Assembly (NCBI GenBank): GCA_965248575.1
Contig: CBDFJQ010000002.1
Location: 4,704,001-4,768,000, forward strand
Source of the DNA: Planctomycetota bacterium
GTDB taxonomy: Bacteria > Planctomycetota > B15-G4
Reading direction: 5' to 3'
Length of the DNA stretch: 64,000 nt
Shown here: positions 49,923-60,501 of the stretch, in pieces
Layout of the letters: every line of letters begins with the position of its first letter
How positions within the stretch are numbered: position 1 is the stretch's first letter
Notes under the pieces: model-generated
Told to the model about the DNA's origin: nothing
The model's database searches: none
Seen by the model: only the letters and a program-made list of their open reading frames with translations
Translations under genes and position numbers: made by a program

Positions 49923-50062
49923 TCAAGGACTCCGAGGGAGAAGGAGAGAAGACTCAGGCCTTGAGAGGGTTCCTGACTGCCCGGATCGAAGCTAGAAAAA
50001 CCCCATGTTCTAGACTGCGAGCCTGAACCTGACGGCGACCTCACTCCCGATCGAGACTCAGC

Positions 50063-50707
50063 GTGACATCTGGAAGCAAAGACCCCCGCGTGGATGCCTA
50101 CATCAAGCGCGCGCCTGACTTCGCGCGACCCATCCTCAAGCATCTACGTCGCGTGGTGCACACGGCGTGCCCGGAGATTCGCGAGACCGTCAAGTGGGGT
50201 TGCCCCAGCTTCGAACTGACGGGCATGGTCTTCGGCCTCGCATCCTTCAAGAGCCATGCGAAGTGGGGCTTCTGGCGAGGCAAGGAGATGAAGCTGCCGA
50301 AGAGCTTGTTCAGCGAGGTGACGGGACCGGATCCGCGTTGGTTGAAGGTCCAGTCGCTCGACGAGCTGCCCACGGAGGCGACGCTCGTGCGTCTCCTGAA
50401 GCAGGCTGCAAGACTCGACGCGGCGATTGCAGCAGGCAAGGCGCCGAAGAGTGGCGGCGCCTTGAAGCCAGGCGCCGGAAAGAAGGCCGTTCGAACGGTC
50501 GCCGTCCCCGCAGACCTGAAGTCCCGGTTGGCCCTGAAGAAGCATGCGGCAGCGAAGTCGTGCTTTGACGCGTTCCCGTTCAGCGCGAAGCGCGACTATG
50601 TGGAATGGCTCGAGACCGCCAAGCGCCCTGAGACGCGGGCCAAACGGCTCGCAACGACCCTCGAGTGGCTCGCCGAAGGCAAGCGCCGGAACTGGAAGTA
50701 CCAGTAG
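50063..50707 (+). CDS. DUF1801 plus YdeI/OmpD-associated family protein
   Basis: DPRVDAYI, ETVKWGCP, RDYVEW...AKRPETRAKR, GKRRNWKY. Confidence 0.9.
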   Translation: MTSGSKDPRVDAYIKRAPDFARPILKHLRRVVHTACPEIRETVKWGCPSFELTGMVFGLASFKSHAKWGFWRGKEMKLPKSLFSEVTGPDPRWLKVQSLDELPTEATLVRLLKQAARLDAAIAAGKAPKSGGALKPGAGKKAVRTVAVPADLKSRLALKKHAAAKSCFDAFPFSAKRDYVEWLETAKRPETRAKRLATTLEWLAEGKRRNWKYQ

Positions 50708-50819
50708 AAGCTGAGGGCTGGAGAAGCTGCAGAGGCGGGAAGGTGACACTCCCGTGGACGGCCTGGACAGCCGGAGGAATCCGCCCTAGCTTCGATGGAA
50801 ACCTCCGGGAGACTCAGGC

Positions 50820-51521
50820 ATGAAGCGCATTCTCATGAATGTCGTCGTGCTCGTTGTGATCGTCATGTCGACGACGGGCTTTGCACCCTCTGCAGGCTCT
50901 GGGATCTTGCACGGCTTCGTCAAGGACAGCACCGGGGCGCCGGTGACAGACCTGACGGCCGTGGTGACTCACCTCGGGGGGCAGTTCCCGTTCTCGGGTT
51001 CGCAGGGCCTGTCGTCCGGCGGCGAGTTCGTCTTGCAACCCACGGTCGGCAACTACTTGATCGAACTCGTGAACGATGCAGGTGAAGTGGTCGACTACCG
51101 CACGGGCATCAACATCTTCAACAACATCACGACGTTTCAGTTCTTCGAGCTGGACCAACCCACGCTGTGCCAGACGAACCTCGGCTTCGGGCAAGCAGGA
51201 GGCATGACGCTCACCGTGTGCGGCGACGACCTGACTCTCGCCGGGAGCCTCGCCACCCTCTCCGTCTACAACGCAACGCCCAGTTCACTCGTCTTTGCGC
51301 CGGTGGGCTTGGTCAACTCGCCGATACCGCTGATGGGCGGGACGCTCGTGCCCTTCCCCTGGCTGAACCTGTTCCCTCTCAGCTCGGATACCGGTGGGCG
51401 TGTCGAGCTCTCGATACCGGGCGCCGCAGGGGTGCAGGTCAAGGCCTACATCCAGGTGGTCGACACGAACGGCGCGAGCTTCCGATTCTCCAACGCCGTC
51501 GAGGTGGACATCGGTCTCTGA
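50820..51521 (+). CDS. Secreted CarboxypepD-like domain plus shared C-terminal domain
   Basis: Signal peptide; LHGFVKDSTGAPV; PLMGGTLVPFP...AYIQVVD...FSNAVEV. Confidence 0.8.
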   Translation: MKRILMNVVVLVVIVMSTTGFAPSAGSGILHGFVKDSTGAPVTDLTAVVTHLGGQFPFSGSQGLSSGGEFVLQPTVGNYLIELVNDAGEVVDYRTGINIFNNITTFQFFELDQPTLCQTNLGFGQAGGMTLTVCGDDLTLAGSLATLSVYNATPSSLVFAPVGLVNSPIPLMGGTLVPFPWLNLFPLSSDTGGRVELSIPGAAGVQVKAYIQVVDTNGASFRFSNAVEVDIGL

Positions 51522-51562
51522 GGGGGCCGAGGGTCGTCGTAGCGCGCGAGGCCCGAGCCCGC

Positions 51563-52903
51563 TCATCGCCTCAGCAAGAAACAGTCCGTGAAGTTGTTGG
51601 TGTCGACAGCGACCGTCAGGTTCTTGGCTTCTGACGGGAAGGCCACGTACTTTGCGCGGCCCGAGAGGCAGGGCCAGGAGCTGCTCCCGTCGGAGTCGAT
51701 GCCGTTCGGGCCGAGGGTCATGCGCACGCTGGTGCCCTTCTTCATGTCACGCAAGAAGATCTGAGTGATGGGGTCGTTGTACTGGCTACGGAAGGCCACG
51801 AAGCGACCTTCGGGGGAGATCGCGGGCAGCAGGCCCCCAAAAATGATGGGCTCATTCTCGGGGCCTATGCTGACGAGCACGGTGGTCTTCTTCTTGAGGT
51901 CGCGCAGCAGGACATCGGCGCCCGTGTAGTTGGACTCGCTTTCGAGATTATGCGCGTCGGTGCGAAAGGCGAGGAAGCGACCGTTGGCGGAGATCGAGAT
52001 GTCCGGCCCGCTGCGCGGTGGCAGCACGGAGCCCATTACCGGCATTCCCTGCGTGCCATCAGTGGCCACACTGGCACGTACGATCGTGCCCTTCTTGAGG
52101 TCCACGGCGTAGACGTCCTCGAAGCCGTTGGTGTCCTCTGGCACCAAGGCCGCCTTGGTGGTGAAGGCCACGATGCGACCATTGGCCGAGATCGACGGAT
52201 CCTTGCAGTCCTCATCCGCCTGACTGCCGTCGGATGCCAGGCTGAGGCGCGTGGTGAGTCCCTTCTTCCGGTTCCGCAGGAAGATGTCGAACTTGTTGTT
52301 GGTGTCGCCGGGAACCAGCTTGCTGGATGTCGACTGGAAGACCACGAGCTTGCCGTTCTTGTTCACGTCGGCCTTCGTGCTGTGTCCGCTGACGGCGTCG
52401 CCATTCGAGTCCACCGAGATGCGTTCGGTGCTGCCTTTCTTGACGTCGAAGAGGAACACCTCGGAGCTGAACCCCGGATCGGGCTCAACGATCTCGCTGT
52501 CCGCGCTGTCGTAGACCACGTGCTTCCCGGAGGACGAGATGGCAGGGCGCCTGGCTCCAAGCGCAGGAGCGCCCCCATCGACTGTCAAGGCGACCGGGAT
52601 CGTGACGTCCTTGCGGGAGTCGTAGAGATAGATGTCGTGTTGCACTGCTGGGCCGAGCAAGAGATTGGTCGAGTTGCTCTCGATGGCTGCCCAGCGGCCG
52701 TTGGCAGAAAGGTCCACGCGGCCGACGCCCTGGTCGGGCTCGAAGCCCGTGGACCAGCCAGGGATCCGTTGGACCATTCCCTTGGGGAACTTCGGGGTCT
52801 TGGGAGGTTTGGGCAACATGGCGGCGAGCAGGCAGACGAGCACGGCCAAGCTCGCACAGGCCACGGGGGCAGAAGTCAGGAAGCGGTGGGCAAGGCGTTT
52901 CAT
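51563..52903 (-). CDS. Secreted TolB-like/PD40 beta-propeller, Lys-rich
   Basis: ISANGR..AF repeats; GDTNNKFDIF, DTNGFEDVY, DTNNFTDCF. Confidence 0.88.
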   Translation of the reverse strand: MKRLAHRFLTSAPVACASLAVLVCLLAAMLPKPPKTPKFPKGMVQRIPGWSTGFEPDQGVGRVDLSANGRWAAIESNSTNLLLGPAVQHDIYLYDSRKDVTIPVALTVDGGAPALGARRPAISSSGKHVVYDSADSEIVEPDPGFSSEVFLFDVKKGSTERISVDSNGDAVSGHSTKADVNKNGKLVVFQSTSSKLVPGDTNNKFDIFLRNRKKGLTTRLSLASDGSQADEDCKDPSISANGRIVAFTTKAALVPEDTNGFEDVYAVDLKKGTIVRASVATDGTQGMPVMGSVLPPRSGPDISISANGRFLAFRTDAHNLESESNYTGADVLLRDLKKKTTVLVSIGPENEPIIFGGLLPAISPEGRFVAFRSQYNDPITQIFLRDMKKGTSVRMTLGPNGIDSDGSSSWPCLSGRAKYVAFPSEAKNLTVAVDTNNFTDCFLLRR

Positions 52904-53079
52904 CAGTCGATTCTCGTGCTGGCGAAGGATAGGCGGGCGCGCTGAGTAGAGGGAACCCGTAGGAAGTGAATCGGGAATGCGGTGTCGACGTCTCGCCCAA
53001 CAAACAAAATCCTTGGTCGGTGCGAGACGCCAGCCTCGCGCTCTCGATTCATCTAGCTGACCCGCTGCTGGAGGAACCG

Positions 53080-54783
53080 ATGCGCGCTGTACCCATGGCT
53101 GGAATCTTGCTCGTCCTGTTGGCCTGCGTCCTGCTTGCGCCGGCCGTCAGGGCTCAGACCACTCTGCACGGGTTTCAGGGCTCGACACCCGGCGAGGCCC
53201 ACGGCTACAGCGTGGCCAACGCGGGGGATGTGGATGCAGACGGCTTCGACGACATCGTGGTGGGCTCGCCTTTCTACGACCGTTTCGTCTTCCCCAGCCA
53301 GATCCTGCCCGACGCCGGGAGGGCTGTCGTGCGTTCGGGAGCCACCGGCGCGGTTCTGATCAGCGGGATCGGGGGCGCAGCCGGGCACCGCCTCGGTTTC
53401 GATGTTGATGGCGCCGGTGATGTGAACAATGACGGCTTCGACGATGTGATCGTGGGCACCCCCGGCAAGCAGGCGGGCAGCTTCACGGTCTTCTTCGGGC
53501 CGGACGGCCAGGTCGCGCTCGAGACCACGAGCACCTTCGGCGCGCCCTTTGGATTCGGTACGTCGGTCGCAGGTTGCGGCGACGCGAACGCGGATGGCTT
53601 CGACGACGTCGTGACTGGCGCACCCTACACCAGCACGGTCCAGGGTCTCGAGACGGGCATGGTCTATGTGTACGACGTGATGCACCAGCAGGTGATCGCA
53701 CTTGCTTCGGGCACAGAGGCCGAGGCACACCTGGGGTGGTCGGTGGACGGTGCGGGGGATGTGGACGGCGACGGTCGGGCAGATGTGATCGTGGGGGAGC
53801 CCCATCGCGACTCGAAACTGCCGGGCTTCCCGGTCTTCAACGACTCGGGGCGCGCGGTGGTGTTCTCCACCAGCATGAATGACATGCCGATCCTGCTGTC
53901 GTTGCCGGGCGACTTCGTCAACGGTACGGAGGCTGGCTACTCGGTGGCCGGTGCAGGCTTGGTCAACGGCGATGGCGTGCCGGACTTCTTCGTGGGCGCG
54001 CCCGGCACCAACAGCGGGACCGGCGCGGTGTCCTTGCGATCTGGGTTATCGGGTGCCCTGATCACGAGCTACGACGGGGCGTTTGCCGGCGAGCGCTTCG
54101 GGACGGCAGTCGGCGGGGGCGGAGACTTCAATGCCGATGGCTTGCTCGACGTCATCGTCGGGGCTCCGTCCTACGACGTGCCGCCTTTCGGACTCAACCG
54201 AGGCCGCATCGAGGTGCGCAGCGCGCTTAGTGGCGTCGTGCTGCACACGGCGTCGTCGCTCAGCGGCGGCGAGATCGGCTTCGCAGTGGACATCGGTGCG
54301 AAGACGGATCTCGATGGGCGCGACGAGATCATCTACGGAGCTCCCTCAAACGACTCCGCCGCGAGCAACGCAGGAGCGTCATGGGTCGTCTCAAGCTCGG
54401 ACTTCCTGACGGCTGTGGGCTTCTACGGCAGTGCGTTCCCGGGAACCCTGGGCGAACCGGACATCAGCATCAGCGGCTCACCGTCGATCGGCGCGAATGT
54501 CAGCATCCTGTTGGAGAGCTCCGCTCCTGCCATTGTTCCTGCCGTGCTGGCCGCAGGCTTCGCGCCGCTCGCTTTGTCGTTCTATGGCGGAACCCTGCTC
54601 GTGGACCCACATCTGACCCTGCAGCTGAATCTGGCACCCGGAAGCTCAGCGCTGCCCATCATGCTTCCCGATGAAACACAGTTCCTTGGGCTGAACATCT
54701 ACCTGCAGCTCTGGCAGGTCGACGCCGGGGCGCCGCACGGCGTGGCCCTCTCGCGCGGCATGCACTTGGTGCTCGGGAATTGA
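53080..54783 (+). CDS. Secreted FG-GAP/integrin-alpha-like propeller with shared C-terminal domain
   Basis: GGAGG RBS; about 7 AGDVxxDGxxDVIVGAP repeats; shared domain from ~54415. Confidence 0.92.
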   Translation: MRAVPMAGILLVLLACVLLAPAVRAQTTLHGFQGSTPGEAHGYSVANAGDVDADGFDDIVVGSPFYDRFVFPSQILPDAGRAVVRSGATGAVLISGIGGAAGHRLGFDVDGAGDVNNDGFDDVIVGTPGKQAGSFTVFFGPDGQVALETTSTFGAPFGFGTSVAGCGDANADGFDDVVTGAPYTSTVQGLETGMVYVYDVMHQQVIALASGTEAEAHLGWSVDGAGDVDGDGRADVIVGEPHRDSKLPGFPVFNDSGRAVVFSTSMNDMPILLSLPGDFVNGTEAGYSVAGAGLVNGDGVPDFFVGAPGTNSGTGAVSLRSGLSGALITSYDGAFAGERFGTAVGGGGDFNADGLLDVIVGAPSYDVPPFGLNRGRIEVRSALSGVVLHTASSLSGGEIGFAVDIGAKTDLDGRDEIIYGAPSNDSAASNAGASWVVSSSDFLTAVGFYGSAFPGTLGEPDISISGSPSIGANVSILLESSAPAIVPAVLAAGFAPLALSFYGGTLLVDPHLTLQLNLAPGSSALPIMLPDETQFLGLNIYLQLWQVDAGAPHGVALSRGMHLVLGN

Positions 54784-54812
54784 GTCTGAGCGCCCTCGCG
54801 CGAGGTGCGCGG

Positions 54813-57557
54813 TCATGGTTGTGGGTCGGGCTCGGCGTGCGACAAGATGCTGATGAAACGTCCGGTTTGCGCGATGTTGCGCAGCTCGACACTCCCACGC
54901 ACGTAGTCAAGGTCCGGGAATCCCAGAGCCAGACCGTGTTCTAGCGCGTCCAGTGCTCGGCGTTCGAACTCAGCGGCGCGGCTTTCGTCCAGGCTCATGC
55001 ACAGTGAGAGGATCTCCGCCATGGACACGAAGACGCCCGGATCGTCGGGAGCCAATTCGGCCAGCGGAGTGAGCAAGGACTCTGCCTGTTCCAACTGTTT
55101 GCGCGCGATGCGGCCGTAGGCTTCCTGGATGCTGGCCCAGGCCAACTGGGCTCCGATCCCGGCATCCCCTGGCTGGAGCTCAAGGGCATGAGCGAAGGCG
55201 AGCCGAGCCACCTGCCCTGGCTCGCACGCTTCCGCTCGTCGTTCCACCTGGACCAGGAAGCTGGCCAGGTTCAAGGCGGATCTGCCGAGGACGCTCTGGT
55301 TCTCGAGCACATCGGGGAAGCGATGCGCGGCTGATTCGACGGCTTGCATGCCACGCAGCAACAGCGGCTCGACTTCGGCCCAGCGCCCCTGTGCGCGTAA
55401 CGTGAGCCCCAGGTTCTGGCTCAGCCCTGAGAGGGTGCGCGCGTATTCGGGTGTTGCAGGGAAGTCCTTGACCAGCTGCTCGGACAGGGAGAGGCCTGCC
55501 CGAAGCAAGGGCTCTGCATCCTCAGGCGGTTCGAGGCCACCGGCGTTCATGCAGACCAGAGCTGCGGCGTGCAGGGCCTCTGGGTCTTCCGGTGATTCGC
55601 GCGCTCGCTCCAGCAGGATGGGTGTCGCCCGTCGCAGCAGCTCGCGTGCCTGGCTCGAGTCTCCCGTTCGCGATCGCAAGATCGCGCGCCCCAGCAGGGC
55701 GTTGCCCAGTTGCGATCGGGCGTTGGCGCTTCCGCCGTCGGCTTGGCGGAGGAGATCAGCCGCAACGGCGGCGGCGGCGAAGGCCTGATCGGCCTGCGTG
55801 GCGCGGCCCATGCGATCCAGGGCGTGGCCGAGGTTGCGCTGCACCGTACTCAGTCGGTCGAGCCCGAGCGGGTCGGTAGCGCTGCGCAACAAGTCGCGCG
55901 CTCGTTCGTAGGCTTCGATGGCCTCGGTGTTCCGGCCCTGTCCGAAGAACGCATTGGCCAGGGAGTTGAGACAACTCGCGAGTTGCTCGGATTGCTCAGC
56001 GTCTGGCGTCCGGTGCTCTCCCAGGACCGAGAGCTGATTGACGAAACAAAGCTCAGCTTCGGGCAACCGGCCCAGCATCGCCAGCACTTCGCCCATCGAG
56101 CCCTGCATGTCTGCCCAACGCCGTCGCATCTCGGGCTCATTGGGCTGCTGGGGCATGAGTTCTTCGAACAGGGCCAGCGCCTCCTCCAGCAGGCGCAAGC
56201 GCGTGGCCTCCATGCGCGGGATCCCTTCCAGGGAGCTGTCGCCGACCTCGAAGAGGAAGACGTCGAGCGCTCGCAGGGCCTGGTCGAGGTTGGACTGGGC
56301 GCGATCGCGCTGCTCCTCGATCCGATGGGACGAGCGATCCCGTTGTACCGCCAGTGCCAACGGAGCACCGATCGCAAGCACCAAGGCGAGGGCTCGGGCG
56401 GGATGGCGCTGCGCCCACCGGGCCGCGCGTGAGAGCGGGCCTGCACGTCGTGCTTCGACCGGGCGGCGCGCGAGCACATGCTCCAGGTCGCGAGCCATCA
56501 GCGCTGCGCTGGGGTAGCGGCGCGTGGGTTCGGGCTCCAGTGCCTTGTGGCACACGGTGTTCAGGTCGCGAGAGACGTCGCGGTTGGCGGCGCGGATGTC
56601 GACGGCGTCGCCCTGCAGGATCGCGCGGGTGAGTGGGTCGCCGCGCAAATCGCCGTGTGGAGGCGAGAGTGTCAGCAACTCGCAGAGCATGGCGCCCAGG
56701 CCGTAGATGTCAGTCTGCACGTCGAGGGCATCGCCTCGTAGCTGCTCGGGAGCCATGTACGCGAGAGAACCCACGCGCGACCCCGTGCGCGTCACTCGGG
56801 GGGAGTCGGGCGCACTTGCCAGGCCGAAGTCGAAGAGCAATGCACGGCCGTTGGTCGTGAGCATCACGTTCGACGGCTTGAGGTCGCGATGCAGCACGTT
56901 CTGGCGATGGGCAAAGTCGAGCGCCAGCGCGACCTCGCGCATCATCTGCACGCAGGCATCGACCCAGGCGCCCTCGAACAGGGCGCCACTCAGCGTGGGC
57001 GGTTCACCATTACGACGCTGCACGGCACGGCTGAGCGCGTCGGCCAGCTCTTGGCCGCTGTGTGGGAGCTTGCCCTGGCATTCAGCGAGGACCTCCGCCA
57101 GCGTTGCCCCGTGTTGCAGCTCCATGGTGAAGTACGGGATGCCGTGCTCTTCGCCCACGGTGTAGACCGGAACGATGCCGGGGTGCTGGAGGTGTGCCAC
57201 CACTTCGACTTCACGTCGGAAACGCTCCCGTGCTCCTGGAAAGAACAGCTGATCCGGGCGCACGAGCTTGAGCGCGACCTCCCGACCCAAGGACTCCTGG
57301 AGCGCGGCATACACGATGCCCATGCCGCCCGCACCCAGGCGACGCCGTAGGCGGAAGTCCCCCAAGCGTTCAGGAATATCGGCGTCCGCCTCAAGCAGGC
57401 CGGTGCCGGCCAAGGTGCTCATGCGCGAACGCAGAGCGGCGGCGTGCTCGGGGCGCTCGCGGCAGAGCTCCTCGATCGCGCCGAGTCCGGAACGCTCCAT
57501 GCGATCCAGGCACTCCACTACGAGGTCACCCAGTTCGTCGACGTCGTGGTTTTCCAT
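54813..57557 (-). CDS. Hanks-type Ser/Thr kinase with C-terminal TPR repeats
   Basis: LGAGGMGIVY, VALK, HRDLKPSN, DFG, YMAPEQ; ATG 57557 after GGGGGG. Confidence 0.93.
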   Translation of the reverse strand: MENHDVDELGDLVVECLDRMERSGLGAIEELCRERPEHAAALRSRMSTLAGTGLLEADADIPERLGDFRLRRRLGAGGMGIVYAALQESLGREVALKLVRPDQLFFPGARERFRREVEVVAHLQHPGIVPVYTVGEEHGIPYFTMELQHGATLAEVLAECQGKLPHSGQELADALSRAVQRRNGEPPTLSGALFEGAWVDACVQMMREVALALDFAHRQNVLHRDLKPSNVMLTTNGRALLFDFGLASAPDSPRVTRTGSRVGSLAYMAPEQLRGDALDVQTDIYGLGAMLCELLTLSPPHGDLRGDPLTRAILQGDAVDIRAANRDVSRDLNTVCHKALEPEPTRRYPSAALMARDLEHVLARRPVEARRAGPLSRAARWAQRHPARALALVLAIGAPLALAVQRDRSSHRIEEQRDRAQSNLDQALRALDVFLFEVGDSSLEGIPRMEATRLRLLEEALALFEELMPQQPNEPEMRRRWADMQGSMGEVLAMLGRLPEAELCFVNQLSVLGEHRTPDAEQSEQLASCLNSLANAFFGQGRNTEAIEAYERARDLLRSATDPLGLDRLSTVQRNLGHALDRMGRATQADQAFAAAAVAADLLRQADGGSANARSQLGNALLGRAILRSRTGDSSQARELLRRATPILLERARESPEDPEALHAAALVCMNAGGLEPPEDAEPLLRAGLSLSEQLVKDFPATPEYARTLSGLSQNLGLTLRAQGRWAEVEPLLLRGMQAVESAAHRFPDVLENQSVLGRSALNLASFLVQVERRAEACEPGQVARLAFAHALELQPGDAGIGAQLAWASIQEAYGRIARKQLEQAESLLTPLAELAPDDPGVFVSMAEILSLCMSLDESRAAEFERRALDALEHGLALGFPDLDYVRGSVELRNIAQTGRFISILSHAEPDPQP

Positions 57558-57621
57558 GACCCCCCGAGGGTCGGTCGGTGGCGTAGGATGAAGGCTGACC
57601 GGCCCCTCCAGACTACCGCCC

Positions 57622-58197
57622 ATGCCCGCCCTGGACGACGGCAGCTCCGCATTCGACTCTGACGCCATCGAGCAGCTGCTCGTGGAGCACCTCCCTGGCC
57701 TGCGGGCCTTCGTGCGGTTGCGCGCTGGGCCCGTTCTGCGCTCCCGGGAGAACGAATCGGACGTGGTGCAATCGGCCTGCCGCGAGGTCTTGGAGCGCGC
57801 CCACACGTTCCAGCATGGCGGGTCCGCCGGATTCCGGCGCTGGCTCTACACCACTGCCCTGCGGAAGATTCTCGACAAGCACGACTTTCATACGGCTGCC
57901 AAGCGCGACGTGCGCCGCGATCATGCCATCGACGATCCAGGGCTTCTGGCGGCCTATCACAGTTTTTGCACGCCCAGCGGTGTCGCGGCGGCGCACGAGC
58001 AACTGCAGCAGATCGAGTGCGCGTTTGAACAGCTGTCCAAGGATCACCGTGAAGTCATCCTGCTCTCGCGCATCGTGGAGCTGACCCGCGGCGAGGTTGC
58101 CGCCGAGATGGGGCGCAGCGAATCCTCGGTTCGCAATCTGCTGCATCGTGCCCTTGCACAACTCGCTCAACTGCTCGAGGCGGCGGGCACAGCCTAG
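57622..58197 (+). CDS. ECF RNA polymerase sigma factor (planctomycete type)
   Basis: SDVVQSACREV, FRRWL, REVILL, EVAAEMGRS...VRNLLHRA. Confidence 0.93.
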   Translation: MPALDDGSSAFDSDAIEQLLVEHLPGLRAFVRLRAGPVLRSRENESDVVQSACREVLERAHTFQHGGSAGFRRWLYTTALRKILDKHDFHTAAKRDVRRDHAIDDPGLLAAYHSFCTPSGVAAAHEQLQQIECAFEQLSKDHREVILLSRIVELTRGEVAAEMGRSESSVRNLLHRALAQLAQLLEAAGTA

Positions 58198-58305
58198 CGC
58201 CGCGTGCATGCTCTGTCGCACGAAGCTGCTGTGCAGCCCCCCGGCCGCTGTTACATTGACGTCCATGGGTGAAATGGACACGACGACGCGCGCGGCGAGG
58301 GTTCC

Positions 58306-59265
58306 TTGAAACTCGCGCTGCTCTTGTTGCTGCTCTGCGCGGTGGGCCTGGGGTTCGGCTTGACCCTGCCCACAGTCAGCTTCCACAAGGTGGGCTCCGA
58401 CGTGGAGATCTACTCGATCCTCACGGGCGTCACGAGCATGTGGGACGACGGCAACTGGATCCTGGCGCCGATCATCTTCCTCTTCTCCGCAGTGTTTCCG
58501 TCGGCCAAGCTCGTGCTGTTGGCTGCGGTGCTCACCGGTCGGGGCAAGCCCGCCGTGCGGCTCCGGGTGACGCGCTTCCTCGACCGCCATGGCAAGTGGT
58601 CGATGTTGGACGTGTTCGTCGTCACCGCCTTCGTGGCCTCCATCCGCCTGGGATTGATCGCCCACGCCGTTTCGGACGTCGGCATCCATGTCTTTGGCGC
58701 CACGGTGCTGGCGTCCATGTTGTGCTGCCACCTGGTATTGCGCCTGGAGAACCCCGATCTTCCGGAGAAGGTGACGCTGCAGCGTGGGGGAGCCGGAGGG
58801 CGCGTGGTCAGCACGGCCTCCGCCATCGTGCTGGGAGTGGCCTGCTTCCTGCCCCTGCTTGACGTCCGCAAAGCGTTCTTGTTCCACAACGAGTTCGTCC
58901 TGCTCGGGTCGACGGGCAAGTTGATCGAACACGGAGAACTGCTGTTGGCGGCCGCCCTCGGCGTCTTCGTGATGGGCATCCCCGCCGTGCGCGCCTTGCT
59001 GCTGCTGCGCTTCCGATGGTGGCCGCGAGAGACCGGCCGCGGCGCGCGTCTGGCCTTGGCGCTCGGTGCCTGGGCCATGCTCGACGTGTTCGCCCTGGGT
59101 GTCGGCATCGTGCTCATCAAGTTGAACGAGCTGGCCACGGCGCGTGCGCTTTCGGGCGCCTATCTCGTGCTTGCGGCAGGGCTCTTGGCGTGGCTGGATG
59201 GATGGTTGATCACACGCGAGCGAGGAGTGCCCGCCGTTCCCGCCTCGTCTGACCTGCGGGCGTGA
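58306..59265 (+). CDS. Paraquat-inducible protein A family (two PqiA domains)
   Basis: YSILTGV..MW..G...LA.IIFLFS..FP..K, KWSMLDVF and WAMLDVF. Confidence 0.85.
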   Translation: MKLALLLLLLCAVGLGFGLTLPTVSFHKVGSDVEIYSILTGVTSMWDDGNWILAPIIFLFSAVFPSAKLVLLAAVLTGRGKPAVRLRVTRFLDRHGKWSMLDVFVVTAFVASIRLGLIAHAVSDVGIHVFGATVLASMLCCHLVLRLENPDLPEKVTLQRGGAGGRVVSTASAIVLGVACFLPLLDVRKAFLFHNEFVLLGSTGKLIEHGELLLAAALGVFVMGIPAVRALLLLRFRWWPRETGRGARLALALGAWAMLDVFALGVGIVLIKLNELATARALSGAYLVLAAGLLAWLDGWLITRERGVPAVPASSDLRA

Positions 59266-60501
59266 CTAGAGCCCTGCCTCAAGCACGACCACATCGAGCG
59301 CATTGCCCAGGCGGACGTTGCCACCACCGTCGACGAAGGCTCCCTGCGCGTGGATCGTCACTGACGAGGTGCCGTTCGGTAGGAAGGGCGCCCCGACAAG
59401 GGTCGATCCGGAGGCGGGCACGGCGCCCCCTGCGATCAGGTGAAAACCCGCCGCGGGGTGCAGCGCGAGCTTCTGTCCGGGGAAGTAGAGGGGAGCCGAG
59501 TCGAGCGAGAGCAGGAAGAAGGCGCCTTCGCCGCTGGGTGCGTCCATCTCGAGGGTCACCTGCGTCTGTTCGCGGATGACGGCTGGCAAGCGCAAGCCGC
59601 GGCTTGTGTCAGCGACCATCGTGAGCAGGCCGGCGACCACTTCTGCAGGCAGACCAGGCGGGCCGGGGTTGCAGGACCCTGGGTCGTTCGGTGCACCACC
59701 GAGCCCGGGTGTGAGCACGGTGTCTCGAACCACAACTCTCCCTGCGGCTCCGTCCACCTGCAGGGCGGGCCCGCCGTCGCCACCGTCCTTGCACGGTTCA
59801 GCGGGCACGCTCACGGGTCCCGTGCCTCCCGTCAGGGTGGATCCGTCGAACAGCACGAGGCCGCCGCGCACCAGGGCGCCTGCTCCTCCGGGAGCCCCCC
59901 CGAGGGGGCCAAAGCTGACCTGCCCGACCCCCCCGAACAGATCACATCCCTGGACGAAGACGGTTCCATCCTCCACAAGCAGGCCGGGGCGGCCGATGCT
60001 GCCGCCCTCGACGAGCGTGCAGTCCACGAGCGTGACGCTGCTGTCACCACGCACGGTCACCGCAGGTCCGGCCGACGACGAGGCGGAGCTGGAGACGAAA
60101 ACGCAATCGCGCGCCAAGACAGGGCCCTCACAATCGCGGATGACCAGCGGACTGTGGACGTAGACGCCTGGGAAGAGCGAGAAGGTTTGCAAGCCAGAGA
60201 GGGTCACGGAGCTACCGGCCGGGACATCCTCGATCACGAACGGGCCGCTCATGGCGACCGGTGGTCCATCGGCTGCGATGACAAGGCCGAGCCCGGAGAT
60301 TGTCGGCCACGTGTAGGTGGCCGTCCCGCGCACGAGGATCACGTCACCATCGGAGGCTGCCGCGACCGCCGCGGGGATATCCGCGAAGTCGACGCCAGGG
60401 CCACCGGCGGCATCGACGACGAACACGTCGGCGGAGGCCCGGGAAAGCAGCAGCGTGACGGCGAGGACTGCAGCGAAGATCGGGTTGTGACGGCAGCGCA
60501 T
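59266..60501 (-). CDS. Secreted beta-helix-like protein with a divergent copy of the shared C-terminal domain
   Basis: VFVVDAAGGPGVDFADIPAAVAAASDGDVILV; GGxG repeats; IHAQGAFVD...LGNALDV. Confidence 0.8.
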   Translation of the reverse strand: MRCRHNPIFAAVLAVTLLLSRASADVFVVDAAGGPGVDFADIPAAVAAASDGDVILVRGTATYTWPTISGLGLVIAADGPPVAMSGPFVIEDVPAGSSVTLSGLQTFSLFPGVYVHSPLVIRDCEGPVLARDCVFVSSSASSSAGPAVTVRGDSSVTLVDCTLVEGGSIGRPGLLVEDGTVFVQGCDLFGGVGQVSFGPLGGAPGGAGALVRGGLVLFDGSTLTGGTGPVSVPAEPCKDGGDGGPALQVDGAAGRVVVRDTVLTPGLGGAPNDPGSCNPGPPGLPAEVVAGLLTMVADTSRGLRLPAVIREQTQVTLEMDAPSGEGAFFLLSLDSAPLYFPGQKLALHPAAGFHLIAGGAVPASGSTLVGAPFLPNGTSSVTIHAQGAFVDGGGNVRLGNALDVVVLEAGL

